Shown piece after piece: positions 7,611 to 15,861 of a stretch of 36,825 nt of DNA. A program made the translations under genes and the position numbers. Positions within the stretch are counted from its first letter, which is position 1, and every line of letters begins with the position of its first letter. Source of the stretch: a virus. The DNA is taken from positions 1 through 36,825 of IMG/VR virus record IMGVR_UViG_3300017598_000616. One strand, written 5' to 3'. A model generated the notes under the pieces. It saw only the letters and a list, made by a program, of their open reading frames with translations, was not told where the DNA came from and ran no database searches.

Positions 7611-7634
7611 GGAGTTATACTTAATACAGGAGTG

Positions 7635-7788
7635 GATGAGGGAGTCTCAAGCTTCTATGCTAGTAGATTGCAAATTCGATAAGTATCAATATATAATAAG
7701 AAGGCAACAATTGGCCAATAGGCTGAGAGCTAGGTGGAAGGTGATCCAAGGAGGGAGAGCTTCTGCTGATTTAGAAGCTCAGGCATAA
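7635..7788 (+). CDS. Small basic hypothetical protein, about 50 aa
   Basis: The track ORF 7558..7788 overlaps the previous gene. The ATG at 7635, preceded by AGGAG, gives MRESQASMLVDCKFDKYQYIIRRQQLANRLRARWKVIQGG…. Confidence 0.45.
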
Positions 7789-7792
7789 AAAA

Positions 7793-7810
7793 AGGAGCTA
7801 AAAAGCTCCT
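7793..7810. terminator. Bidirectional intrinsic-terminator-like hairpin between convergent genes
   Basis: AGGAGCT-aaaa-AGCTCCT (7-bp stem). A6 lies upstream, which reads as T6 for the minus-strand gene. AATTTATT lies downstream. Confidence 0.55.
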
Positions 7811-7816
7811 AATTTA

Positions 7817-7963
7817 TTATTCCTCTATAGCTAGGGCCATATTAACTACATGATCTTCAATATCCCAGATAAAATTAGTGATATCTGCTGGATCTTCAAA
7901 ACCAAATACAGCCTCTCCATCAAAAGTCTCTACTGCTAATACATAAGTGATTTTATTCTTCAT
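7817..7963 (-). CDS. Small acidic hypothetical protein, 48 aa. It is the lone minus-strand gene inside the rightward arm (below the track cutoff).
   Basis: My translation is MKNKITYVLAVETFDGEAVFGFEDPADITNFIWDIEDHVVNMALAIEE. GGAGAA lies 4 nt before the ATG, and the gene is followed by the terminator hairpin. Confidence 0.5.
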   Translation of the reverse strand: MKNKITYVLAVETFDGEAVFGFEDPADITNFIWDIEDHVVNMALAIEE

Positions 7964-8019
7964 AAATTCTCCTAGATAAAATGTCATTTTCTATATTGTA
8001 CCATAATTCTCAGGATTCA

Positions 8020-8048
8020 TTGACTTATTTTGGACAATATACCAATAT
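8020..8048 (+). promoter_or_regulatory. Candidate promoter for the packaging/structural operon (TTGACT-17 nt-CAATAT)
   Basis: aTTGACTtattttggacaatatacCAATAT lies about 45 nt upstream of the terS start. It shares the ATTGACT heptamer with the other candidate promoters. Confidence 0.35.
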
Positions 8049-8090
8049 TAAAGTAAGGGATGAATATTCCAAGATCCTGAAGGGGAAAAA

Positions 8091-8579
8091 ATGGCGAAAA
8101 AGCGTAAAGTAGGAAGGCCTACTAAATATAATGATGATATTCCAGAGAAAATGCTGGATTTTTTCGATATTCCACTAACATATAAGACTACTGAGCAGAA
8201 GATGAGTGCTTCTGGAGTGGTTATGGATCTAGAAGTAGTAAAAGCTTCTCCTATGCCTACTTTTGAGGGATTTTCCTTAGAAATTGGAGTATGTATGGAT
8301 ACATTGACTGAGTGGAAAGCTAATCATAAGCCATTTTCCTTAGCTTATAGAGTCTGTAAGGGGATTCAGAAGAGATTCCTCATGAGCCATGGATTATCTG
8401 GAGCATATAATAGTAATTTTGCCAAATTCGTAGCTATCAACTGTACAGATATGGTAGATAGATCTGAGGTAAAATCTGAGAATGATCATACTGTAAAAGA
8501 GTATGGCCTGGCCTTTGATTTATCTAAGACTCCAGAAGAAGTAGCTAAGATTAATGAAGCTAAGAAGAAAAAAGACTAA
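8091..8579 (+). CDS. terS: Terminase small subunit
   Basis: N-terminal MAKKRKVGRPTKYNDD is typical of the helix-turn-helix N-termini of small terminases. It sits upstream of terL. Confidence 0.7.
   Translation: MAKKRKVGRPTKYNDDIPEKMLDFFDIPLTYKTTEQKMSASGVVMDLEVVKASPMPTFEGFSLEIGVCMDTLTEWKANHKPFSLAYRVCKGIQKRFLMSHGLSGAYNSNFAKFVAINCTDMVDRSEVKSENDHTVKEYGLAFDLSKTPEEVAKINEAKKKKD
8505..8513. repeat. GGCCWGGCC copy (GGCCTGGCC)
   Basis: Exact match. GGC-CTG-GCC (Gly-Leu-Ala) in terS. Confidence 0.95.
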
Positions 8580-8580
8580 T

Positions 8581-8606
8581 TGCACGATAATCTTTCTTAT
8601 CATGCA
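8581..8606 (+). other. Imperfect hairpin after terS (10-bp stem with one mismatch)
   Basis: TGCACGATAA-tctttc-TTATCATGCA with no downstream T-run. Function unclear. Confidence 0.3.
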
Positions 8607-8635
8607 GAAAAATAAGCATACTCCAAGGAGGGACT

Positions 8636-8815
8636 ATGAGCTTAATGCATCTAGTATTATGGATGAGTATCATGCTGGCCATAAATGTGGCAGCATTAGA
8701 AGTTATTTATAACCCATATCAGGATATAGATCATGGATGCATAAATACATATAGTTACGAGCAGGAGAAATCTTGCCCATGTGATGAGGAAGAAGCTGGG
8801 ATATATGGATATTAA
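8636..8815 (+). CDS. Small membrane protein, 59 aa, one predicted TM helix and three Cys (below the track cutoff)
   Basis: Strong Shine-Dalgarno AAGGAGGG. My translation is MSLMHLVLWMSIMLAINVAALEVIYNPYQDIDHGCINTYSYEQEKSCPCDEEEAGIYGY. Confidence 0.5.
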   Translation: MSLMHLVLWMSIMLAINVAALEVIYNPYQDIDHGCINTYSYEQEKSCPCDEEEAGIYGY

Positions 8816-9002
8816 AAAAGGATGCAAATACTATGTAGAAGGATCAGATCTCCTAATACATGTACTAAATATAGCCTACTCAGGCAATGGATATATAAAG
8901 GCCAGAATAAGAGAGACTAATATTAGGAATGGTATTTTCTATGGAGATAGATACTATAAACTATATAAGGATAAAATACAGCATTGGAAGCTTTTAAAAT
9001 AG
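8805..9002 (+). CDS. Hypothetical protein, about 65 aa
   Basis: The track ORF starts at a GTG at 8781. The ATG at 8805 avoids most of the overlap with the preceding ORF. No motif recognised. Confidence 0.5.
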   Translation: MDIKKGCKYYVEGSDLLIHVLNIAYSGNGYIKARIRETNIRNGIFYGDRYYKLYKDKIQHWKLLK

Positions 9003-10396
9003 AGGAATCCCCAGAGGAAGTCCTATCATTTACTACGTTTGATCCTACTCCTATCAATTGGCAGTATAGAGTATTATACGATCAGGCCAATAACTGGGAA
9101 TATGATAAGGGAGTAATAATAGCCCTTTACAGTGGAGCAGTAGGATCAGCAAAAACGACATTAGCAGCGACTCAGGCCATATCCCATTGCCTAAACTTCA
9201 AAAGAGCCAAGTGCTTATTAGGGAGAAGATCCCTTCCAGATTTAAGAGATACAATATATAGCGATATAGTAGAGCTACTAGATGCAGATGAGCAGCTAAT
9301 AGAGGGAGAAGATTATATCACCTTTGATCCTATATGTAGGATTATCTTCCCTAAGATGAAGAGTGAGATATTCTCTAGGACATGGGGAGATAAGAAGTAT
9401 AAGAAATTCAGATCCCTTAAGCTATCAATGGCCATCATAGAAGAAGCTACTGAGAATAATATAGAGGATAGGACTGCCATTAGAGAGATCATGCAACGTC
9501 TAAACAGAATTAGTCACATTAAGTCTAATACCTTGATTTTATTAACGAATCCAGACTCTCCAGGCCACTGGATACATAAGGATATCATTGAGAAATCTCA
9601 TGAAGATGGAATCCATGTTTACTACTCTCTCACTACAGATAATCCCTTCTTAGATAAAAATTACATAGATTTTCTACGCAAGACTCTTACAAAGAAGGAG
9701 GCTGATAGGCAGCTTAGGGGAATGTGGGTAGAAATTGACTCAGATAGAATTTACTATGCCTATACTTCAGAAGTGAATTTTAAGAGAGATGAAGAGTATC
9801 AAATAGATCCTAGATATAGAGTGGATTTGATGATGGATTTTAATATCGGAAAAGGAAAGCCAATGAGCTGGGCCCTAGGCCAATATGTAGATGATACCTT
9901 CCATATCTTCAAAGAGTATCATGCTTTCACTATGAGAACTGGCCAGCTATTACAGGAGATGGCTGAGGATGGAGCTTTTGATCTCCCAGTAAAATGGGGA
10001 GTATTTGGAGATGCTTCTGGGAGATACAATGATACTAGATCCAATTGGAGTGATATTGAGATAGTAGAGCAGTACATAGCAAATCATAGAAGGCCAGATG
10101 GCACTATGCTTGAGTATGAAATCAATATACCTAGAGCAAATCCTCCACTGAGAAGAAGGCATAATACGGCCAATGGATTAATGGAGAATGATCTAGGAGA
10201 GACTAGATTCTATGTATATAAAGGCTGCGAATGGGTAGATGAAGGATTTCGATTGACTGAGCCTAAGAAGGGAGCAGATAATATTGAGAATGATAATCTA
10301 GAGCAGCAGCATGTGACCACTGGAATTACATATTGGTGCGATTATATAACGCATAAATATATAGATAAGAGCAGATCATCAATGAGAAAGAAATAA
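8984..10396 (+). CDS. terL: Terminase large subunit
   Basis: Walker A YSGAVGSAKTT and Walker B LSMAIIEEATE. The C-terminal half carries conserved acidic residues (MMDFNIGKG, FGDASG), consistent with an RNase-H-like nuclease. Confidence 0.88.
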   Translation: MEAFKIEESPEEVLSFTTFDPTPINWQYRVLYDQANNWEYDKGVIIALYSGAVGSAKTTLAATQAISHCLNFKRAKCLLGRRSLPDLRDTIYSDIVELLDADEQLIEGEDYITFDPICRIIFPKMKSEIFSRTWGDKKYKKFRSLKLSMAIIEEATENNIEDRTAIREIMQRLNRISHIKSNTLILLTNPDSPGHWIHKDIIEKSHEDGIHVYYSLTTDNPFLDKNYIDFLRKTLTKKEADRQLRGMWVEIDSDRIYYAYTSEVNFKRDEEYQIDPRYRVDLMMDFNIGKGKPMSWALGQYVDDTFHIFKEYHAFTMRTGQLLQEMAEDGAFDLPVKWGVFGDASGRYNDTRSNWSDIEIVEQYIANHRRPDGTMLEYEINIPRANPPLRRRHNTANGLMENDLGETRFYVYKGCEWVDEGFRLTEPKKGADNIENDNLEQQHVTTGITYWCDYITHKYIDKSRSSMRKK

Positions 10397-10411
10397 TATA
10401 GGGGATATACT

Positions 10412-11962
10412 ATGATTGAAGTACAGAATACCGAGAAATTAGAAGATAGGATAGATGAGCTGCTATCAGATATTAAAGATCTGAGCTGCTTTTATGGCCA
10501 TAATGAAGAGATGCTAGATATCTATGAGGGGAATCTTCTCCCATATGTGGAGAAGCTAATGGAAGAGACTCTAGATGCTAGATACATGAAGCTAATAAAG
10601 CATAGAATCTTGCCTATAAATTTCTCTCAGAAGATAGTAGGGAAGCTGGCCAAATCTTATGGAGATGAGCCTATCAGATCATGTGAAGATCAGGACTGGA
10701 TGGATAGCTTTACTAAGATGATTCAGACTTCTTCTAGGATGGCATTAGCTGAAGAATACTCATATTTAAATAGAGGCTATGCTATAAAGCCTAAGCTTAC
10801 TAATAAGGGAAACATTAAGGCCGATGTACTGCCTTACGATAAATTCTTTGTAAAAGCTGATGATAATTCTGATCATTCAGTCCCTACAGTGTTTGTAGAA
10901 TTTCTAGGAAAGACTAAGAGATCTAAAGTAGGCAAGGATGATAAAGAGACTATTCACAATATTGACTGCTATATGGCCTATACTGATACTGAGATAGTGG
11001 CCTTTGACTCAGATGGAGATAAGATCTCAGAATATACTGAGAAGCTAAATGATATGAATCCAATTGGCTGCATCCCCTTTGTATATGGGAATAGATCAGT
11101 AAGTAATATAGTACCTAAGCAAGATACAGACTTTCTTAAGCTATCTAAAATCCTTCCATTGATGCTATCAGATATCAATGGGGCCATTATGTTTCAATGT
11201 TTCACATTAATCTATGGAATAGATGTAGAATTTAATGATGCTACTATGAGCCCTAATGCTATTTGGGACTTATCATCTAATCCTAAATCAGATAAGCCAG
11301 CTCAAATAGGGACTCTTCAGCCTACTGTAGATTCAGATAAGGCCCTTACTTTCTTTAAAAATATCTTATCATTCTGGCTGGATTCTAAAGGAATAGATGC
11401 AGGATCTATCATGCAGCTTGATTCTCAGGCAATGGCCTCAGGATTAAGCAAGGCAATGGATGAGCTAGATACTACAGAAGCGAGAAAGAAGAGTATCAAC
11501 TATCTGGCAAATGAAGAGAAGGAGCTATATATCCTACTAGCTAAGCTGAATAATTACTGGATGAAAGTGCCAGATGCTAAGGGGCTTAAGCTTAAAAAAG
11601 TAAATGTAGAGAAGATAGAAGAATCTGTAGAGATTGAATTTAAAGAGCCTATGCCTAAGCTTGATTTTACTACTGAGATTACAAATTCAGTTACTATGAT
11701 TAAGGAAGGATTAAGCTATAGAGAGAAAGAGATTAAGAGACTAAGCCCATATGCTTCTGAAGATGAGATTAATCAGATCTTTTTTGAGTATGGAGTAGAT
11801 AGATATGAGATAGGATCTAAGGAAGTAGTAGATGGAGTAGATCCAGCTAAGACTGAAGAAGAGCCTACTGCTGGGCCTGGCCTGGCCACTGAGGAAGAAG
11901 AAGTAAAAGAAGATAAGGATACAAATCCTGTAATAGAAGAAGAAAATCCTAAGGAGGAATAA
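10412..11962 (+). CDS. Portal protein
   Basis: 516 aa, immediately after terL, with an acidic C-terminal tail. The call rests on position and size. Confidence 0.75.
   Translation: MIEVQNTEKLEDRIDELLSDIKDLSCFYGHNEEMLDIYEGNLLPYVEKLMEETLDARYMKLIKHRILPINFSQKIVGKLAKSYGDEPIRSCEDQDWMDSFTKMIQTSSRMALAEEYSYLNRGYAIKPKLTNKGNIKADVLPYDKFFVKADDNSDHSVPTVFVEFLGKTKRSKVGKDDKETIHNIDCYMAYTDTEIVAFDSDGDKISEYTEKLNDMNPIGCIPFVYGNRSVSNIVPKQDTDFLKLSKILPLMLSDINGAIMFQCFTLIYGIDVEFNDATMSPNAIWDLSSNPKSDKPAQIGTLQPTVDSDKALTFFKNILSFWLDSKGIDAGSIMQLDSQAMASGLSKAMDELDTTEARKKSINYLANEEKELYILLAKLNNYWMKVPDAKGLKLKKVNVEKIEESVEIEFKEPMPKLDFTTEITNSVTMIKEGLSYREKEIKRLSPYASEDEINQIFFEYGVDRYEIGSKEVVDGVDPAKTEEEPTAGPGLATEEEEVKEDKDTNPVIEEENPKEE
11874..11887. 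repeat. Double (overlapping) GGCCWGGCC: GGCCTGGCCTGGCC
   Basis: Exact match in the portal C-terminal tail (…AGPGLAT…). Confidence 0.95.
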
Positions 11963-12153
11963 TGAAAAATGTAAAAGTAAAAGACGTAAAAGAAGAAGTG
12001 AAGAAAGAAGTAGAAGCTCCTAAGAAAGCTCCTATCAAGAAGAGTAAGAAGAATGAAGGCTTAGCAGCTTTTATGGAAGATAGAAATGCTAAGAGAAAGG
12101 CAGCAAGATTAGCTCCAGCCTATTCTGAAGAAGAAATTAAAGCTTGTAAGTAG
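11962..12153 (+). CDS. Small lysine-rich protein, 63 aa
   Basis: The ATG overlaps the portal stop (TAATG). Low-complexity K/E-rich sequence. Confidence 0.6.
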   Translation: MKNVKVKDVKEEVKKEVEAPKKAPIKKSKKNEGLAAFMEDRNAKRKAARLAPAYSEEEIKACK

Positions 12154-12209
12154 TATCTTTTGCAGGGGAGATACTATGAGGGAGAGAGTAGCCTCATACT
12201 TTCTCCCTC
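12151..12209 (+). terminator. Two tandem hairpins, the second followed by a T-tract (terminator or attenuator candidate)
   Basis: Hairpin A pairs 12151-12157 with 12170-12176 (TAGTATC/GATACTA). Hairpin B pairs 12178-12190 with 12197-12209, including GAGGGAGA/TCTCCCTC. TTTT follows at 12212-12215. Confidence 0.5.
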
Positions 12210-12229
12210 ACTTTTAATATAGGAGGCCC

Positions 12230-12775
12230 ATGGCTCAGCAAAAATTTACAGCTAAAGTATCTAAAAAATACACTGAAGAAGAGAGAGTGGCCATAGGAGT
12301 AGAGATGATAGATGCTATCATAGCTAGGACTAAGGCTGGAAAGGATAAAGATAATAAAAGCTTCAAAGGAGCTGCTGGAAAGTACTCTAAAGGATATACA
12401 TCTTCACTTGATTTCAAGCTAGGAGGAAAATCTAAGAGCCCAGTAAATCTCACATTATCTGGAGAGATGCTTAATGCATTGACTGTACTAGATACAGCAG
12501 ATGGAGAAATCACTATAGGTATCCCAGCCGATGATGATTTTAATAATAAGAAAGCAGAAGGGAATATCACTGGCTCATATGGAAAATCTAAGCCAGATTC
12601 ATCTAAGGCCAGGGACTTTATGGGAATGAGTAAGTCTCAAGTAAAAGACATAACTAGCAAATACCCTACTACTAAGAAGGGAGTAAATGCAGATCTCATT
12701 AAACTACTAGGATCTGCTGCAGCATCAGAGACTCTGGCCGAGTCTTTCTTTGATATAGAGGAGTTTAATTCATGA
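12230..12775 (+). CDS. Head-module hypothetical protein (possible minor head or morphogenesis protein)
   Basis: AGGAGG Shine-Dalgarno. Sits between portal and scaffold. The LTLSGEMLNAL segment resembles the LTATGQLLKSL segment of the next ORF. Confidence 0.7.
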   Translation: MAQQKFTAKVSKKYTEEERVAIGVEMIDAIIARTKAGKDKDNKSFKGAAGKYSKGYTSSLDFKLGGKSKSPVNLTLSGEMLNALTVLDTADGEITIGIPADDDFNNKKAEGNITGSYGKSKPDSSKARDFMGMSKSQVKDITSKYPTTKKGVNADLIKLLGSAAASETLAESFFDIEEFNS

Positions 12776-13347
12776 GCTATGAGAATATAGATGATTTTGA
12801 TAAGCAAGTTATGAAGGCCCTTAGAAAGAAAGTAGGATCAGCCTTAGGAGCTATAGCTTCTGGATCATATCCAGATGAAGTGAAAGATAGAATAGTAAAA
12901 AGGACTAAGCTAGGAATAGGAGTAGATCCTAGAGGGAATGGATATAAATTCCCAGCATTATCTACTAATTACAGGGAAGTAAGGCAAGGGAAGGCTAGGT
13001 GGTTCACTATAAATGGGCAAAAGATTAAGCTCATCAAAGGGGATCTAGTGAAGAAGCCAAGGCTACATTCTACAACTACTCCAGCTAAATCTAATTTAAC
13101 TGCCACTGGGCAGCTACTCAAATCCCTTACTACAGTAAAGATTAAGACTGCTCAAGGTATTGGATGGGCCATCAGAGTAGGAGATAATAGAGGAAGGGGC
13201 TTATTTGGAGGATCTTCCAAAATAGGGAATAAAGAATTAGTAGGCTACCTAGCAGCAAAAGGAAGAAGATTTATGGCCCTCACTAGATCCCAGAAGAATG
13301 AAATATCTAGGGATATTAGACATATGATTCAAAAATTCTTAAAATAA
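12772..13347 (+). CDS. Head-module hypothetical protein (possible minor head or morphogenesis protein)
   Basis: ATGA overlap with the previous gene. Function is inferred from position only. Confidence 0.7.
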   Translation: MSYENIDDFDKQVMKALRKKVGSALGAIASGSYPDEVKDRIVKRTKLGIGVDPRGNGYKFPALSTNYREVRQGKARWFTINGQKIKLIKGDLVKKPRLHSTTTPAKSNLTATGQLLKSLTTVKIKTAQGIGWAIRVGDNRGRGLFGGSSKIGNKELVGYLAAKGRRFMALTRSQKNEISRDIRHMIQKFLK

Positions 13348-13358
13348 TTAAAAAATAA

Positions 13359-13388
13359 TTGACATATAGTCAATATAACCATGAAAAT
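13359..13388 (+). promoter_or_regulatory. 15-bp palindrome TTGACATATAGTCAA with a candidate internal promoter (TTGACA-18 nt-GAAAAT) before the scaffold and capsid genes
   Basis: The palindrome is read directly at 13359..13373. The -10 element is weak. Confidence 0.35.
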
Positions 13389-13399
13389 AGGAGAGTACC

Positions 13400-14047
13400 A
13401 TGAGTGAACACTCAAAAGTTTTAGATGAAGATCTAGAAAAAATTCCAACTACAGAAGATCTACAGGCTCAATTAGCTGAATTAACTACCAAGCTTGAATC
13501 TGAATCTGCCTCTAAGCTCAGGATTCTAGAAGAATCTAAGAAGTATAAAGAAGGATTCCAGACTTACAAGCAAAAGGAAGATGAGACTGCTAAAGCTAAT
13601 GCCAAGAAAGAAGAAGAAAGGCTTATTAAAGAAGGCCAATTTTCTACGTTATTGGAGCAGCGAGAAGCCAGAATAGCTGAGCTGGAAGGTACTGTGGAAA
13701 GTACTTTAGGAGAAGTAAAGAGCAGAGATGATGCTATTACTAATTTTAAAAAAGCTTCAGCTTTCCAGACTGCCCTAGGTGGTAGCCTAAAAAAAGAAGC
13801 ATATTGGAATCATGTAGATTTCGATAAGATTGCTACTAATCCTGAGACTGGGGCGATAGATCAAGCCAGCCTAAGCATGGTAGTAAATAAATTTACTGAG
13901 GATTTTGGAGAGCTAGTAGATTTTGGGAATAATCCAAATCTACCTAATAGGACTCCAACTGGAGGCTCGGGCAAATTGACTCATGCACAATGGGAGAAAT
14001 TGCCATTAGCTGAAAGAAAGAAGAGAATGAAAGACGTTATAGATTAA
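13400..14047 (+). CDS. Scaffolding protein
   Basis: 215 aa, acidic, with heptad-like coiled-coil character. Lies directly upstream of the capsid gene. Confidence 0.65.
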   Translation: MSEHSKVLDEDLEKIPTTEDLQAQLAELTTKLESESASKLRILEESKKYKEGFQTYKQKEDETAKANAKKEEERLIKEGQFSTLLEQREARIAELEGTVESTLGEVKSRDDAITNFKKASAFQTALGGSLKKEAYWNHVDFDKIATNPETGAIDQASLSMVVNKFTEDFGELVDFGNNPNLPNRTPTGGSGKLTHAQWEKLPLAERKKRMKDVID

Positions 14048-14072
14048 ATAGAGATTCCATAGGAGGGATAGC

Positions 14073-14948
14073 ATGGCATCAACAGAATTAGCAGACGTAA
14101 ACCAACAAATTAAAAAGTACTGGAGTGATTTATTCATGCCAGAATTAAGAGAATCTAATCCATTAATTGCATTAGTAGATAAGCGATATATTGGAGAAAT
14201 TAAAAATCAAGGTGATACTGTAAAAGTAAGCCAGATTAAAAAAGCTCAAGGTGAAACTAAAGTAATTGGAGCTGCAGGGGATAATACATTTACTCCTGAG
14301 AAGCTTGTAACTGCTTATGTAGATATCAAGGCTGATCGTAGAATGGTAGCAAGTTTCAAGATGGAAGATCTTGTATCTCTCCAATCTCAAATTAAGGAAG
14401 AAAGCTCTGATATCAGACAATCTCTATTAGATGGAGTAAGTACTCAGATCAATAACTACCTTTACAGCTTAGTAGCTCCTGCTGCTGGCCAGGCCTTAAC
14501 TGGAGTAGCTAATTTAGATGCATCAGTATTAAAGCAAATTAGAGTTATTGCTGGAAAGCAAAAATGGCTTAAGACTGGAGGATGGTATGCTCTTCTAAGT
14601 CCTGATTATTATTCAGATCTTATGGATGGAGTTACACTTACATCTACAGATTTTGTAGCTGATCAGCCAATGGTAGGTGGAGAAATTGCTACTAGAAGAT
14701 TTGGATTCAATGTAATTGAAGATAACTCGGATGGCCTTGCTTCTGTAAGTCCTACTGCTGGCAATCCTTCAGGTGTATTTTTTCATCCTGCATTTTGCCA
14801 TATGGTATCTCAACAAACTGCTAGATTTAAGGTATCAGATTTGCATAGCAATGAGGAATTTGGATACTTAATTTCAGTAGATGTAATCATGGGCGGAGCT
14901 ATCGGTATCCAAGGGCCAGAGATGCACGCTACAGTAGTTAATGCTTAA
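14073..14948 (+). CDS. Major capsid protein
   Basis: 291 aa with a strong AGGAGG Shine-Dalgarno, following the scaffold gene. The call rests on size and position; I cannot verify the fold. Confidence 0.75.
   Translation: MASTELADVNQQIKKYWSDLFMPELRESNPLIALVDKRYIGEIKNQGDTVKVSQIKKAQGETKVIGAAGDNTFTPEKLVTAYVDIKADRRMVASFKMEDLVSLQSQIKEESSDIRQSLLDGVSTQINNYLYSLVAPAAGQALTGVANLDASVLKQIRVIAGKQKWLKTGGWYALLSPDYYSDLMDGVTLTSTDFVADQPMVGGEIATRRFGFNVIEDNSDGLASVSPTAGNPSGVFFHPAFCHMVSQQTARFKVSDLHSNEEFGYLISVDVIMGGAIGIQGPEMHATVVNA
14487..14495. repeat. GGCCWGGCC copy (GGCCAGGCC)
   Basis: Exact match. GGC-CAG-GCC (Gly-Gln-Ala) in the capsid gene. Confidence 0.95.
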
Positions 14949-14965
14949 TATTACTTAGGTTATTA

Positions 14966-15169
14966 ATGACTGATGAGAATAATTTTTTTAAATATTTGGA
15001 ATTAATAGTAGGGGATTCAGCAGAATCCCTTACTTCCAAATTAAAATCAATACCTATCACTTTCCAAATAGTAAATACTTGGAGTGATGGAGGAAAGCAC
15101 TATGCCCATATTAATGCTGGCAGGCCTTTCCCTAAAGGAGTCCTAGAAAGGATTTCTAAAATTAAGTAA
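14966..15169 (+). CDS. Hypothetical small structural-module protein, 67 aa
   Basis: ORF in operon context. No motif recognised. Confidence 0.55.
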   Translation: MTDENNFFKYLELIVGDSAESLTSKLKSIPITFQIVNTWSDGGKHYAHINAGRPFPKGVLERISKIK

Positions 15170-15188
15170 TTAATTTAAGGTATTCAAA

Positions 15189-15674
15189 ATGGCTGATGAT
15201 TATAAGACGATATATTCTAGAGATAGAAATATAAATACAATGAATAAGGGCTCGTATAATGACTGGGGAGATAATACTCCAGCCAAGCAAGTCCTAGCTA
15301 AGCAGCCAGATGGAGAGGTATATGAGGTAGCTTTTGCTCCTGCTATATCTGCAAGCATCACGGCCTATAACTCAGTCTCAGCTATTGCAGCAGATGTAGA
15401 GACTTTAATTAATACATTCACAGTACCTATCGGAAAATACAGGCAGCTAAATAGCGTGGTACTAAGTGGCGATAATATAGCCTACTTTTATATAAAGAAA
15501 AATGGAGTAGTAATTGCTAAAGCCCGTACTTGGTGGGTATCATTTACTGAGCAAATAGAATTACATGATACAAAGATAGTGGCTGGAGATGTGATAAGCA
15601 TCCATGTAGAGAATAAGGGGAAGAAAGCCTCAGATTTTGAAAGCACTATTATAGCTGAGGAATACAATGCCTAA
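15189..15674 (+). CDS. Structural-module protein, tentative member 1 of the tandem paralogue set
   Basis: Beta-rich. C-terminal pattern …VISIHVENKGKKASDFESTIIAEE is shared in form with the next four larger ORFs. Confidence 0.7.
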   Translation: MADDYKTIYSRDRNINTMNKGSYNDWGDNTPAKQVLAKQPDGEVYEVAFAPAISASITAYNSVSAIAADVETLINTFTVPIGKYRQLNSVVLSGDNIAYFYIKKNGVVIAKARTWWVSFTEQIELHDTKIVAGDVISIHVENKGKKASDFESTIIAEEYNA

Positions 15675-15861
15675 AAAGACTAAGCTAGAAATAGCAAAAA
15701 TGGAGCTGCAGATATTTAAAATGCAGGGACTTATCAAAGAGAAAGAGTATAAGATACTAGAAAGAGAAGAAGATATCTCTAGGATAAATGTAGAGATTTT
15801 AGAATATAAAGAAAGTATTAAAAAATTAGAAATCAATTTCAAGGGAGAGAGCGATGAGTGA
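15667..15861 (+). CDS. Small coiled-coil protein, 64 aa
   Basis: K/E-rich helical sequence. Overlaps both neighbours by 8 nt. Confidence 0.55.
   Translation: MPKKTKLEIAKMELQIFKMQGLIKEKEYKILEREEDISRINVEILEYKESIKKLEINFKGESDE

Noticed and set aside
7558-7634. The 5' extension of track ORF 7558..7788, overlapping the HExxH gene
   Set aside because: The ATG at 7635 has an AGGAG site and removes a 53-nt out-of-frame overlap. A +1 frameshift fusion with 7239..7610 was considered, but there is no slippery or shifty sequence to support it.
9950-10162. Track ORF, 70 aa, on the minus strand
   Set aside because: It lies antisense inside terL.
10978-11187. Track ORF, 69 aa, on the minus strand
   Set aside because: It lies antisense inside the portal gene.
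12235-12570. Track ORF, 111 aa, on the minus strand
   Set aside because: It lies antisense inside 12230..12775, which has a strong AGGAGG site and operon coupling. Its Ser/Leu/Pro-rich composition marks it as a shadow ORF.
14172-14420. Track ORF, 82 aa, on the minus strand
   Set aside because: It lies antisense inside the major capsid gene.
15630-15842. Track ORF, 70 aa, on the minus strand
   Set aside because: It lies antisense to the coiled-coil ORF. Its Ile/Leu/Ser low-complexity translation mirrors the K/E-rich sense frame.
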